From positions 14,853,992 to 14,917,991 of the forward strand of contig NC_057718.1 in assembly GCF_004010195.1 (NCBI RefSeq): 64,000 nucleotides of DNA, given 5' to 3'. The translations under genes were made by a program, and so were the position numbers. The notes under the pieces were generated by a model. It searched no databases. It saw nothing but the letters and a program-made list of their open reading frames with translations, and was not told where the DNA came from. This DNA comes from Chiloscyllium plagiosum (taxonomy: Eukaryota). This document shows, in pieces, positions 62,500-64,000 of the stretch. How positions within the stretch are numbered: the first letter of the stretch is position 1; each line of letters starts with the position of its first letter.

Positions 62500-64000
62500 G
62501 TCGAGCATTAGGAATAGTGGTATAAAGTGCAATACAGTTCCAGAAGTGGCAACTATAGAATGGTATAACTCTGAGGGACTAGTGCCATAAAGAACGGTAT
62601 AACTCCAGTACGGTACTGTACATTGCAGTAAAACTCCCAGACTGTTACCACATAGTGTGTTATAACTCCTGGATTGGTACCATTCAGAGTGATATAACTC
62701 CAGGACTGCTACTGCACAGTGTGGTATAACACCAGGACTGGTACCGTACAGTGTGGTATAACTCTGACATTGGTACGGTACAATGTGGCATTACTCCAGG
62801 ACTGGTACCGCACAGTGCGGTATAACTCTGGGACTTGTGCCATACAGTGTGGTATAACTCCAACATTGGTGCAGTACAATGTGGTATAACTTCAGGACTG
62901 GTACCGCACAGTGCGGTATAACTCTGGGACTTGTACCATACAGTGCGGTATAGCTCCGACATTGGTACAGTACAATGTGGTATAACTCCAGGACTGGTAC
63001 CGCACAGTGCGGTACAACACCAGGACTGGTACATACAGAGTGGTATAACTTCAGGACTGGCACGTACAGTGTGGTATAACTCAGGGATTTGAACCATACA
63101 GCGTGGTATAACTCCGAGACTGGTACCATACAGTGCGGTATAATTCCGGGACTGGTACAGTACAGTGTGGCATAACTCCAGGACTGGTATCGCACAGTGC
63201 GGTATAACTCTGGGACTGGTACAGTACAGTGCGGTATAACTCCGGGACTGGTACAGTACAGTGCGGTAAAACTCCGGAACTGGTACCACACAGTGCGGTA
63301 TAACGCTAGGACTGGTACTGTACAGTGCGGTATAACTCCGGGACTGGCACCATACAGTGCAGTGCGGTATAACACCGGGACTGGTACCATACAGTGCGGT
63401 ATAACGCTGGGACTGGTACCGTACATGCGGTATAACTCCGGGACTGGTACCATACAGTGCAGTATAACTCCGGGACTGGTACAGTACAGTGTGGTATAAC
63501 TCTGGGACTGGCACCATACAGCACGGAATAACTCCGGGACTGCTACCATACAGTGCGGTATAACTCCGGGACTGGTACCATACAATGCGGTATAATGCTG
63601 GGACTGGTACAGTACAGTACGGTATAACTCCGAGACTGGTACAGTACAGTGCGGTATAACTCCAGGACTGGTACCACACAGTGCGGTATAACTCCGGGAC
63701 TGGTACAGTACAGTACGGTATAACTCCGAGACTGGTACAGTACAGGGCGGTGTAACTCCAGGACTGGCACCACACAGTGCGGTACAACATCAGGACTGGT
63801 ACAGTACAGTGCGGTATTCCTCCAGGACTGGTACGTACAGTGGGGTATTCCTCCAGGACTGGTACGTACAGTGTGGTATAACTCCAGGACTGGTACCATA
63901 CAGCATGATATAGCTCCGGGACTGGCATGGTACAGTGCGGTATATCTCTGGGACTGGTACAGTACAGTGCGGTATAACTCCAAGATTGGTATGGTACGGT
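62500..64000. repeat. 32-bp tandem satellite/minisatellite, running off the window end
   Basis: Consensus CAGTGCGGTATAACTCCGGGACTGGTAC(CA/AG)TA; more than 40 units, degenerating toward 62500. Confidence 0.95.

Noticed and set aside
62811..63780. RAG recombination signal heptamers (CACAGTG)
   Set aside because: They are satellite unit variants; no ACAAAAACC-like nonamer at 12 or 23 bp and no V/J segments
62684..63983. Long ORFs (414, 264 and 146 aa)
   Set aside because: By-products of a nearly stop-free satellite strand; the same peptides appear in all three frames
62500..64000. CRISPR-like periodic array
   Set aside because: Units are contiguous with no unique spacers, there are no cas genes, and the context is vertebrate

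Overview
Eukaryotic, CpG-poor, repeat-dense non-coding DNA, almost certainly from a cartilaginous fish: it carries shark-type HE1/V-SINEs, HER1/CR1 LINEs and DeuSINEs. A bamboo-shark-like draft assembly is my inference. There are two N-gaps (20140-20250 and 56676-57047). No intact protein-coding gene is recognisable; nearly all ORFs in the supplied track are retroelement debris or chance. The window holds many CR1 fragments (one near full-length and rearranged), L2, RTE and Gypsy remnants, three SINE families, a Tigger-like MITE and a 32-bp satellite at the right end. The most striking signal is about 17 Penelope-like (PLE) remnants carrying minimal hammerhead-ribozyme motifs (CUGANGA-stem-GAAAC-GUH). 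Several are head-to-head fold-back palindromes; two of these are perfect, with 84- and 95-bp arms and 14-16-bp target-site duplications. A chain of three small, phase-compatible minus-strand exon candidates suggests the window may be intronic to an unidentified gene. Repeat family names are from recognition, not database search, and boundaries of old repeats are approximate.
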